64,000 bases of DNA from Podarcis bocagei (Eukaryota): the NCBI GenBank assembly GCA_964188305.1, contig OZ076899.1, one strand, 5' to 3'. Below, piece by piece: positions 47,401 through 59,400 of the stretch (position 1 is its first letter; every line of letters begins with the position of its first letter). The notes under the pieces were generated by a model that was given only the letters and a program-made list of their open reading frames with translations, ran no database searches and was not told the origin of the DNA. The translations under genes and the position numbers were made by a program.

Positions 47401-50400
47401 CTTATCCTGAAGCAAAGTTCTTAACCTGAAGCACTATTTCTGGGTTAGCAGAGTGTGTAACCTGAAGCGCATGGAACCTGAGGTACCACTGTATACACCT
47501 TTCATATCTAACCCCGAATCTGCCTTTTTTCTTGAGTTTTTTATTTTTATTAAGCTAGAATGTTGCTGACTGCCGGTTGGCTATTTTTTTGCATGTTTTA
47601 TTGTTACCTATTTAATCATGTATTCATGGGTGTCATCAGGGTTGGACCAGTTTTTAATAATGAATGAAACCATAGCAAGATTTTGATTACAAGGCTTCCA
47701 TCTACATATTGTATAATATTGAATTGTCTAAGAGGTGTAAGTATCTGTGTCAGTTTCACTTCTCATCAGTGATGTAGGGCTGAAATATTTTCATTTCTAA
47801 AAATTCATTGCTTTGTAAAATTCATTAGTTCATGCCAGTGTAACATTAGACAAACTGTTTTCTGCATGACAGTTTCAAAGTTGTAATTAAATGTTTTTCA
47901 TGTGATCTTAGGAAAAAGGAAGAGAGTACATTTTGTTTTGTAAATAGGTAAAATACAAATACAAACCAAGCATGAATTCAGATTGGCTGTGCAGTTAAAA
48001 TCAAGGCCAAACCTAAAATCCATATAAACTTGGGGCTGCAAGTGTGTTTATATTTAGTTGAAGTCAAATATTCAAAATCAAATTATTCTCTGTTTAAAGC
48101 ATCAATATTTTTCTAACTAAAAATTATCTGGAAAACCCGCATCACTGCTTCTCAAATAGTAATAAAGTATGATGTTTGTCTAATCCAGTGCATTTAGCCT
48201 ATCTCAGTTGTTAACTTCAGGTTCCAAGCAGCCTTAAAGTGCACAGCTTGACCAATAACTGCTGGTAGAATTTGAAAAATATGAGGGGCCTGATCATCTA
48301 GGCCAGTGTTTCTCAAACTTGGGTTGCCAGCTGTTGTTGGACTACAACTCCCTAGCTGGCAGGACTAGTGGTCAGGGATGATGAGACTTCAAGTCCCAAC
48401 AGCAGTTAAGACCCAAGTTTGAGAAACACTGGTCTAGGCTAAGAATTACGGCATTTCTCCATTCTTTAGGACTTGCTGCTTAATTTGATTCTGCCACGTA
48501 ATTACTGGAAATCCTTTCCCCCCACCCAACCATGCCTATTAGTCTTTCTCCTGTGTAGACTAGCTGTTTCCACCTTGACCTACCATGGTGTTTGTAACTT
48601 GTCTTATGATGGCCAAGCATGCAAACTGTCACCAGAGCTCTGCAAACTGTAGCTTAGAAATATGATTGTGTGTGAGAGAGCTTAAGCTTTGGGTTGGCAG
48701 TGGATCCCCAGGTGTTTCATATTGTAAGAAACCTAAATTATTTATTTTATTATTTAGTATTTTTTTTTCAGTATGGGCAGGATCCAGAGTTCCTGTGAGT
48801 CAAGTCAAGACACTGGATGCTCCTGCTGTAGGAAGGGAGGAAAGCGATTTCTGCCATTTACTTCTTCCCCACCCTGGGTCCCCTGAAAAGCTGCTCCAAA
48901 AGGAACGTTGGCAACTGTATCAGAGGAACTGCAGGAGGGGGGGGAGAGGAATCAGCTAATATGTTTCTGCTCCCCCCCCCCTTTGGGGGGAGCCTCCATA
49001 GGCATTCATCCTCTTCTGCAAACACAAGGCACATTCTAGTCCCAAGCCTATATCTTTTAGCATATAATGATCTGTGCAGTCTATTATCTCTTGCAGTCTA
49101 AGCCCAAGTTACACTATTGCTTTTTCTTTCTTTTTTGTAAACAAGCCTGTGGAGTCATGGAAACAGACTATTTTGATTGAGCTTAGCAGTATGGCTTGCC
49201 TGTGCTGGTTTAATCTAAACTGAGATAAACAGGCCGTAAGTCAAGGACTATGCATCTTGTGAGTTAAGCTACATGAATTTAAAACCAGCTTTATGATAAG
49301 TTGTTTTACATGGATTTTGTAGGCAGCAAAGAAAGGCAACATAAATATAAGGAATAGCCTCAATATTGAGAATAACATTTATTGGAAACAGCATTTATGT
49401 ATATTATCTAGTAGACTACAAAATAAGGACCATTATTGCAGTGTTTTGTGGTTACCTCAGGGGATTACTTAATCTCTGCGTTATTATTTTTCTAGACAAT
49501 CCTCCATTCCTTGGGTTAAAAATTCTTCCCAAAATTTGGTTTGTGTAAGAGTTTGAGGCAAAACCCTTCATATTCTTTGCCCAATTTGGGCCCTAGAAGG
49601 TTTGGAACCACTAAAAATCCACAAGATATTAACATGATTTGTGGAAGCATCATGGAAAAGAAGCTGAATAGACATTGCAAAGTGTGTATAACCTGTTTTT
49701 CAGATTGTACTCAAGTAAAAACATAGCACCTGGACCTCTGAGACTTGGTCTTTCAATCAACTGTACATTATACACCAACATTTTTTCCACTTGGACTATT
49801 ATTAGAAATGGTATAACAATCAGACAGTGAACTATTTGGCATATAATAGCTAGGGCAAAACATATCCTGTGCCCCTTTATTTCTGACAAGTTCCAGCATT
49901 TGAGGTACCTTACTGCTGTGTGCACTCCATTTCCCTTCCATGTAAAGTAGTTGCATGAACAATTCAGAATAATTAAATGTGACTGCAGCACATTCTTTCA
50001 TGAGAAAATCATTAGGTTTCCATATTTAGCAGCATTAAAGAGAACCTCAATACATGAAGCTAATGAAAATGCACATTCTTTGACCAGCCTGAAACAAACT
50101 TAGAATTTTGGGGCTATTCTCTTAAATGCGTCCTAGTAAAAAAAGTCAGGAAATGTTGCAGATAACCTTTTCCCCCAAGGGGGGTAGGGTGGGGAATCAG
50201 ACAGGTATACAGTGGTACCTCGGGTTAAGAACTTAATTCATTCTGGAGGTCCATTCTTAACCTGAAACTGTTCTTAACCTGAAGCACCACTTTAGCTAAT
50301 GGGGCCTCCCACTGCTGCGCGATTTCTGTTCTCATTCTGAAGCAAAGTGCTTAACCCGAGGTACTATTTTTGGGTTAGCGTAGTCTGTAACCTGAGGTGC

Positions 50401-53400
50401 CACTGTATTGCCTGAAATAAAATGCAGAGGTTTGGGGTTGTAGTCAACAAAGTTTTAGTCAGAGTAGATCCTTTTAAATTAATTAATGTCATTAAGTTGG
50501 GCCTATTAGTTTCAGTGAGTCTACTCTGAGTAAAATTTAGTTGAACGCTACCCTTTAAAAGCCTGTTTTCTAAGTACTTTTCCCAGTTGACCTCCAGGCA
50601 GGAGTCACCAGTGTGTTGCACTTAAGATGTCATTGAACTCCCAATTCCATCAGCCCCAACCACCACAGCCAAAGGTCAGAAATGTTGGGAATTAGCGTCC
50701 ATTGTCCAATAACATCCAGAAGGCACAACATTGGCTTCTTATATGTTAGCTCATATTTTATTGTTTGTAGAACCTTAACTTTAAACCATTTCTGTTCTGT
50801 GACAATGGAAGATGTATAAAACCATTCACCCTACCTAAGCTAAGGGTCTAGTGATACTGTGAGCATATGTATTCTGTTTCCCTCCATTTTCTGTGGGGAA
50901 GTGATATAATGGTTCTAGTGATGAAAGAATATTGATAGGGCATAACATGAACACCTGTATTTATAAGGAGTACAACATGGTGTGTGTGGAGAATTTTATA
51001 AGCTGTAAAGTTGAAACTCACATGCCTTTCTTTTGTCATGAATACATGTCTAGATGAGACCATGTGTTCCAGGGAGCTCAGTTTTCATATATAATCATGT
51101 AGATAGGTGTCAATGTTATTCCACGTATGGCAGCTCTCTTTGTGAGGAAACAGTCAGATGTGAACAGTCCTTGGATCTGGGCTCTTCAGATATTGTGGGA
51201 CCCAAGAGATACTATTTTAATTTGAAAAGTGGTGCATTTAAGGAATTGCTGACTTTTATCTGGGATTCGACGGATAATACAGTTATGAGGTTCAACCTGG
51301 TGTGGTCCTGAGGCAATCTGTACTCATTGCAAGCTGAGCATGCATGCAGACAATTTATGCAGGATAAATGAAAAGGGGGTAGTTGAAATTTAGGAAAACC
51401 AAGCATGTTTCTGGTTGCTTTATTTGTCCTACTGCCCTTCGGAGGCTTGTCACAAGGATTGTAAATAGCCACTGACCTGAATGCCTGTGGCAAAAAAGAA
51501 TTCCCATCAGGTGAAGAAGCTGGGAAATTTGATGATTAAAAAAAAAGACTGATTTTGCAGGCAGTCCAGCAAATGTGTCTGGATATGTTTGTAAGTCAAC
51601 TTGCTATGTTTGGGAACATGCACAAAAGAAGATACTAGCGAGATTTTGGCTCAGTTCCAGGGAAGGGGACATTCTTTAGCATCCATGGAAGAATATTGCC
51701 CTGGATTCATAATTCCCCCCTTAAATTGCTCTCAGTTTTCTTTTCTAGTAGTACTGTGTAGGTGAAGAATGTTGAAGAGTTGCTCCTGTTTTTCATAACC
51801 ATTGGCTGACTTCTGGTTTTTCTATAGGGGGAAGCTGGGCCGATATCCTCCTTGGCCAGGAAAGGTGAGTTCTAGTGTGCACTTCACTTACTTTTTGGTG
51901 TTCTCTTTATTGGAGTAACATATTTTTATTAATGTCAAATGCAATGTGTAGATCTACATTTCCTGCAATATTTCAATTGACCCACAGCATGTTACATAAA
52001 CCAAAGTGAATGTAGACCAGTTTAGGTGGGTTTTGAAATCAATTGTACCCTGGATGTAGCTACTTAACCCTTTTTCTCTCTTTCTGAAAAAGTGCTTTCC
52101 CTTTCTTCATAAATATGCCCTGACACCACCCTCAAATAAAATGTGCAATCAGATCTTATGAATGAAATAAGTCCCATTTGTGTTCAGTGGGACTTTCACT
52201 CAAATGACAATGAATAACAGCCCAAGGAAAATTTTGAAGGCTAAAGATTTATTTGTAAATGTATTTTTGTTTTGCAAAAGCTCCAGATTTAGGCCTAAAT
52301 ATCCACCAGAAGTTCCATGATGTTATGCTAAGAGATGCCATGCTGGTGGAATCACACATAGTTGGCCTGGCCTGCAGTTGCTGGGGGCAGGCTCTTGGGG
52401 GCCCTGTAGAGATTAATTGGTTCAGCTGGGCCGGTGAAAAGGAGTTGCCTCAGTGGCATGGTGTGCCCATGTCATTCGTACCTTACAAAGCTACTCAGTC
52501 TTGTTCTCTTGTGCTGTTACTCTAGATCTGCAGGAAAAGCATGCTCATGTACCATAATTCATTGCTTGGGTTCGATTCTCTTACAGAAATTCTGTCAGCC
52601 TGTTTTTCATTCTCTGGCCTCTCACAGTTCTGCTGTCTATAAAAGAATGGACCATCTTAGCAAAATTTTAGTAGGAGGAGCACAGTGTGGGCGTTTCAAT
52701 ATCAATTCAGTATCTGTGTGCTAGAATCAAAGGCACAGTTACTGCTATTACTTTATTTCATTATTTGATATATCACCGATTAGTACAGTGTTTGATTGCT
52801 TCCATTCACTCGGATAAATGATTGACGAGTGTGACAAATGTCTGGATTTATCTCCTGAAAAGCTGATGCTTTTGTAGCATTTACCTTGCAAACAGTTTGT
52901 TACTCTAGGGATAATTACAGTCTGTCCTGATGCTGTGTTGTGTATGGTGTACTTAACTATGCAAAGCCTGTTGCAGAATTACCATCTAAACTTAGTCTAT
53001 ATCAGCGTAACTGGTGTGATTGCGAGGCATCATGCTGTGAACAGCATAATACACAGATAGCCTCATTTGCTCGTTGATTGACATGAGTGGTGCAAGTTGT
53101 TAGGGTACATCCTAGTGACCCAGAGTCCTAAAACGTGTTACACAAGTAGTTTGACATAATTGATTTCCAGGAAAATCTCAGAATGAGATATTTTTACATA
53201 TACCTGTAAAAACATGTTACTTGCATTTTTGTAATAAGCTTAGCCCAAAGTTTTAAGAGTAGCACTGCACTCAGGAATATGGGCCTTCTTTTTCTGGCGT
53301 GAATATACCTTTAGTTACAAGGTATTCTCCCCCCCCCCCCCCATAATCTTGTTTCACAAGTCTTTACCAATACATGCAAAGATTTTGGAGCGGGTTGTGT

Positions 53401-56400
53401 GTGTGGAGAATGTTTGAAAAGTTCCGTTTTTATTACCTCTAATTGTGGCTTCCTGTGTTTCTCAGATTGTTAACCCGCCTAAGGACCTGAAGAAGCCTCG
53501 TGGGAAGAAGTGCTTCTTTGTGAAGTTTTTTGGGACTGAAGATCAGTATGTACCCACTTCTTTTCTGCCAGGGGGATCTATTTTTAAACTTTAGAGCCTT
53601 TGTAGAAAAGCTGGCACAGTGCAATTTCATGACCGGTAAAAATAGTCTTAATTTATCAGCTAGCAGCAGAAACCTCTAGAGCCTATGTGCTGGTCAAGGC
53701 TGAAGAAGCCGATGTACCAGCTTACCTAGGCATCAGAAATGTCCATAGCCTTTTTTAGACAGTTTAACACACATCCACATTCCCTGCATTAGGAAGAATT
53801 TGACAGCATGTAGTTGGCATTGAGATTTATATCAAGGCTGGGGAACCTGTGGCCCTCCAGATGTTGGACTTCAGCTCCCATCAGCCCAGCTATAATGGCC
53901 AGTGGTCAGGGATGATGGGCATTCTAGTCAAGTAATACCTGGAGGGCTGCAGGTTTAATGTATGGTTTGTTAATTTGAAAGTCAGGCTTACATATTGAAT
54001 ATTGTTGCAGTTGATATCAGTGATGTCCAGTGAAATAGGAAGAAACTGGTTGGTGTAAAAAAACTGAAAAGCAATCTAGTTCATTCTCTCCCGGTCCCCA
54101 TCAAAGGCAGGCATTTTTGACCGTCTTCTTCATTTGCAAAATTCAGACTTCTGGGTTCCATAAACAAGTGGAGTAGGAAGTAAAGAGGGATCTCTGTTGC
54201 ATGTACAGAGAACCAAGGGAAGGGGTCAGGCATTTGCCTCATGGTGGATTTTGCAAACAGTTTGGTCTGCACAGTCCATTGGGAACTGCGTGAACAACCC
54301 CAGGAGAAGCTTCTATATTGTATCATAATCATCCATCCCTCTGTTTCTGCTTCAAGTCTTCCCGTGCTTGAGGAGCTGGAGCCCAAACTGCATCAACCAC
54401 GTACAAGAGAGAGGTATTAGCAGATTCAAGATACAATAGAGGTTTGCGGGTGCTCAGTAATCTTCAGTGGAAAACAACAACAAAGGGATTTGGGAAATCC
54501 CCAAACATCCCCGTAAGACTTCAGTGATACAAAATGTTGAAGGAGGAAAAATAAAAACCTGATAACCATGTGGAAGGAGAAGTGTAATGGGGAGTGAACA
54601 AAAAGTACTCCGTGTTGCTACATTTTGTTGCAGGTTGCACTTATACAAAGTATTTCTACTGAGATATATGGACCAATGATCTGATGCTGTAAGCACCCAC
54701 ATATGATAATTTCATTTAAAAACTGGGCCATTGTGTCAGCAATCAACACATTATGCTTTAGACAACAGCATAAACTCCTCCTTTATACTTGCTTTTTCTG
54801 AAGCTTAAATATTTGGACTGACAGTGCCACACGAGAGAGTGCTTATTTTCTAGCCAGGTATCAGTGCTTCAAGGCTGTTGCTATTCCTCACCCTTAGGTA
54901 GTTCCATTTTTTTTGTAAATTCTTTAAACTGGTTTTAACCTTACATTTTTATATTGTTGTAACCTGCTATGGGAGCTTATAGTGAAGAGCAGGTAGGAAG
55001 TAATACAACATCATGAGATGGGAACAAAAAAGGAGAAGGGAGAAACTGCAGTATGCTTTTATTTGCACTTGAAAAGTGGGTCAAATGGTCTGGAATGCTG
55101 TTTAGTTCCAGCATAGATTAATGAACAGATTGAAAATGAAAACGTTGATGTACCAAACCAAACTAAATAGCAGTATGGCATGTAGACCAAACCAAATAGC
55201 AGTATGGCATGTAGTTTATAATATAATTCGGTGAAGGAGGTTGGCTAAAGAGCAAGGCCTGAGGAATGTCTTAATCATGTCCTGTTGAATGATTTCTGTC
55301 TGCTGAGCAGTGGATATTTCATTCAAGTACAGACTACATCTTATGTATAAGGGAAAGGCAAGATATAAGCAGGGTTCTGTGTGCTGCAATTTGAGGGGGG
55401 CATAGAAGATTGTATTGCAAAAAAATAGTTTCCTGAGGCAAGCAAAGTAAGTTTCTAGCCCTTACTGCGTTTATAGAAACAGGAGAGTTGATGCAAAGTA
55501 CATTTAAACTTTAAACTGTCCTGTCATCTTTAGCTGAAGGGCAGTATATAAAATTATTAAATAAAAAATAAGAATTTCTATTTCTATAAAATTAAAAAAA
55601 TCATTCAATGGCCCTTTGTGACCTGTGTCTAATCCTTGGGTGAGCCTTTGAGTCACAGTCATTCACTTTAAGTGGGAATTTAGTTTCCATCTGACAAAGT
55701 GTGATAATGCTCTGTTAATCCTGGTTATCTCCTCCAGTTTCTGTAATGGAAACAAAGCAGTACCTCCAGTAATGAAGCAGCATTCAGGCAAGTGCTCTCC
55801 ACCCATACTTTTGAGGAAAAACAACATAAACCTGAAGTAGTCAAGGAAAAAACCCAGTGTACCTTCTGACAAACTAATTTACAGCCCATTTGTATAATAT
55901 TTGCAACAATAACAACTAATAATAATAAAAAATTGTTAATTATACCCTGCCCATGTGGCCAGGCCTCCCCAGCCACTCTGGGTGGCTCCCAACAGAATAT
56001 TAAAAACACGATAAAACATCAGACATTAAAAACTTCCCTAAACAAAAACTATATGATATTTTTCACCACTCAAAGTACTTTACATGCGTTATCTTATTGT
56101 AGTCTTTAACAGACACCCTGTAAGGTAGATCAGTATTATCCCCAAAGTGCGAATAGTGGGGGGAGACTGAGATCGTTAGGCTGAATTCATGGTAGAGGTA
56201 AAGTTTGAACCAGGGTCACCCTGACGTAGTTTAGCCTCTTAGCTACTACGCCACACCAGCTCTATGATTAGGAGCATCATATTATAGAGCCATTTGGGAA
56301 TATGACTTAAAACTGTAGGTCTTGCCAGATGCAGAAAATTTGTGCATCTAGGAGAGTTTCTGGCATATTGTGCTGGTATGCCTATGTGTGCTATGTGCAT

Positions 56401-59400
56401 TTCACAAGACTTCACAATGGAAGACTTCCCAAGTGACTTTTTTGTGCTGTATTTGGTTGAAACAACCTCCCTCTCCTGCCAAAAACAGGAAGTATGCATG
56501 ACACCTGATTGCAGGCTTCTGGGAAGAAACTGAATAGTCACAGTTGAGCTTTTTTATTTTTTATTAATGCATAAATATTTAACTGAAACATTCTTTTTCA
56601 TCAAGTAGTAGCTCTGGCTTGTGGGCCCAGTTATGTCCACGAAGCCTCTCCTTTTGGCTTGAGAGACCATTTTAGCCAAGCCACAGCCTCCTGCCCTGAA
56701 TGTGATGTCATATACGATGTCACGATGTCAGGGTGAGGGAGGTAAATTCATATATTGCTGCTGAAACTCTGTTTATGTGTGCAATTTGATTGGAAACTGT
56801 TGCCTCACAATTCAACTTTCTATTTGTTTATTTTTATTTATTTTTAAAGGCAAGTTTCTAGTAGAAATATTCTTGGAAGTATGTGTCTGTGAATCTTGAG
56901 AAATCTTAACTCTTTGAGGGTTTGCTGAATAAGACATTCAGAGTTAGATATAGGGCTTTAGTGCTATGCTTGCCTTCGTATTCTTCCCCATAGTTCCCTT
57001 TTTCAGAATAAGCAGACAGGTGCTAGTCATACAGTTTTCCTTGATGCACACTTGAGTTACCTCTAGGCCTGGGCAATATATTGCCCAGGACCAGTACGTG
57101 GGGGCAGACTGCAATGACAGTTTCACACAGTGGTCTTATCACTGGTGAAAATGTCACCACTCTTGAATCCCACTGCCCCCAGCACGCTGAGGGAGAAACA
57201 AACTAACTGGGAGCTGGCAGCAGAGGGACTCAAGCGACAGCAATTTCACCAGCCATATAGCACTCTGCCCCGGCAGAGGGAGAATCAAGCTGAATCAGTG
57301 AGGTGCTGATACAGCTTGTTCCTTCCTCTGCTTCTTTAAACTGTTTGGCTGGGGAACGAGCTGCTGCCCTCGCCTCAGCCAACCAGTTTTATGGAGCCAC
57401 CGGCTCACACAAAGCAGCGGCAAGATGGGGGCTCCGTTAAAGTACTCCCCCCTTGCCAGCTGAGAGAGCCCCAACCCTGCTTGCACACCAGTAAAAGCGG
57501 AATCAGGGCTGCTCAGCTGGGGAGTGCAAAGCCTGCTCTTCCCAACTGAGAGCCTCGCCTGGTTGCCTTTTCTGGGAAGGTGTGTTGCGCCTTTCCTCCC
57601 AACCCGGTGGAAGGCAGCCAGGCAGTGTAGAGGCTCTTAGATGCTGTTGGCGGGCCCAGCGCTCTCCAGCTTTGCAAGGCATGGATAGGGTGGTTTCACT
57701 CGGGAGGGTGGGCTGTGTCATTCCTCCTGGGGTGAATGAACCATCACTGGAGGAAAGAGATAGCACACCCGCACTGGCGAAGGCATTCAAACGCACGAAG
57801 CCTGACAGGTTCCATGCACTTGGCTTCTGTCACTTTGTCTGTCTTTGGGAAGTGGGGGTCAAGCGGGCAAGGTAGCTCACCCTCCCCCCACGCCAGCAAA
57901 GGCAGAGGGAACTTGGCCAGGGAGCCCCAAGGTCCTTGCTGCTCCAGCACCAGCAGCAGGGGACTCGGGTCTGGCTCTTCTGGGGGCAGGAGCTTTGCTG
58001 CCCCCAGTGGAGCCTGGCCAAGGGGCCTCAGCTGGGGGCAGGAGCCTTTCCCTCTGGCTGAGCAGCAGACTGGGGCCAGCTGCATTGGCCACAGCCTGCA
58101 AGGCGCTGGGGTGAAAGCGCTTCAGCTCTCACAAAGAGAACTGTGGCAGTTTTACCCAGCATCTCACTGGCTGGGGCCAATGCAGCTTTTTTCATCATTG
58201 TAGTATATCGTCAAACTGTAGTGATACGATGCAATGTTGAAAACCCAACATCGCCAAGCCCTAGTTACCTCATCACATAATTTTAATTTTATTTACCGTA
58301 TTGGCCTGAATATAAGATGCATCCGCAAATAAGCTGCCCCTTTAAAATTCAAGGCATATTTGCGGGTGCTGCCCGCCTCCTGGCACTGCCTCCCCAAGCC
58401 GGTGCCAGGGGAGGCTTGGGAACGGTGGGTCGGTGGGCTTCACACCACTGCCTTGTGCTCCCGGGCTGCTTCCTGGAGTGGGTGGGAGCTGCACCACTTT
58501 GCTGGCAGTCTCTCCCCCCTCCCACTTCCTTAGGAGGCTTGGGAGCAGCGGGCAGGTGGCGCGGCGCTGCCCCACACTCCCAGGCTGCTTCTTGGCATAA
58601 GCTCACGGTATAAGCACTGGGAATACCCAACACTGAACATGAGTATAACCAACTTTAATAAGTGAATGGGCATTTTTGGTTTTAAAATAAAAATAAAAGG
58701 CAAAAGCTCTCATTCTGGTGACTTATGGCTGCTGTTTGTAGAAGGAATAGTGCCAGAATGGTCATATACATGGCCTAGTTCATAATATCTTCCCCAATTT
58801 TGGAACAAAAGAGCACAACTGTGATGCCAAAACAAGGAAAGGAGTTAATCCGTACACATTCTCAGTGCCCAGCCTCCTGACTAAGGCTGCTTTGTGCCTA
58901 ACTGCTTACCTAGAAATAAGCTCAATTTAATTCATTAGGACTTATTTCTGAGTAGGTCTGGCTAGCATTGCACTGTATATTATTAATATGTTTTGTCTGC
59001 AAGCTTAAATATTTGTGTGTATGGATATGTTAAGTCAGGATAAACTGCTTTAAAACACTAAAGACTGAAATCAATAGTATCATAATTCTGCTAGGACCAA
59101 TTCAAGTCATAGAAGAAGTGAATTAAAGCTTTTTTGAGTTCATAACTTTTATCAGACTGGGTGAGTATAGATTGTGAGGAAGACAGATGTAATAGTTACT
59201 TGGCATAATGGAGAGCCCTGTTTGTGGTAGTAGTTGAAGATTGAATGAAGGACAGATTGCACAGGTTGCTCACCGGGGCAAGAAAGGCTGAGCATATAAC
59301 AACAATTCTGGCCTGACAGCGCTGATTATGAGTTAGTTCAGTGTTTCCCAACCTTTTTTGGGCAAAGGCACACTTGTTTGATGAAAAAAATCTCGAGGCA

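Noticed and set aside
52740-53230. Possible intronic C/D snoRNA upstream of GLYR1 exon 3
   Set aside because: Only imperfect box-like words (ATGATTGA, CTGA), with no canonical RTGATGA and no terminal stem.
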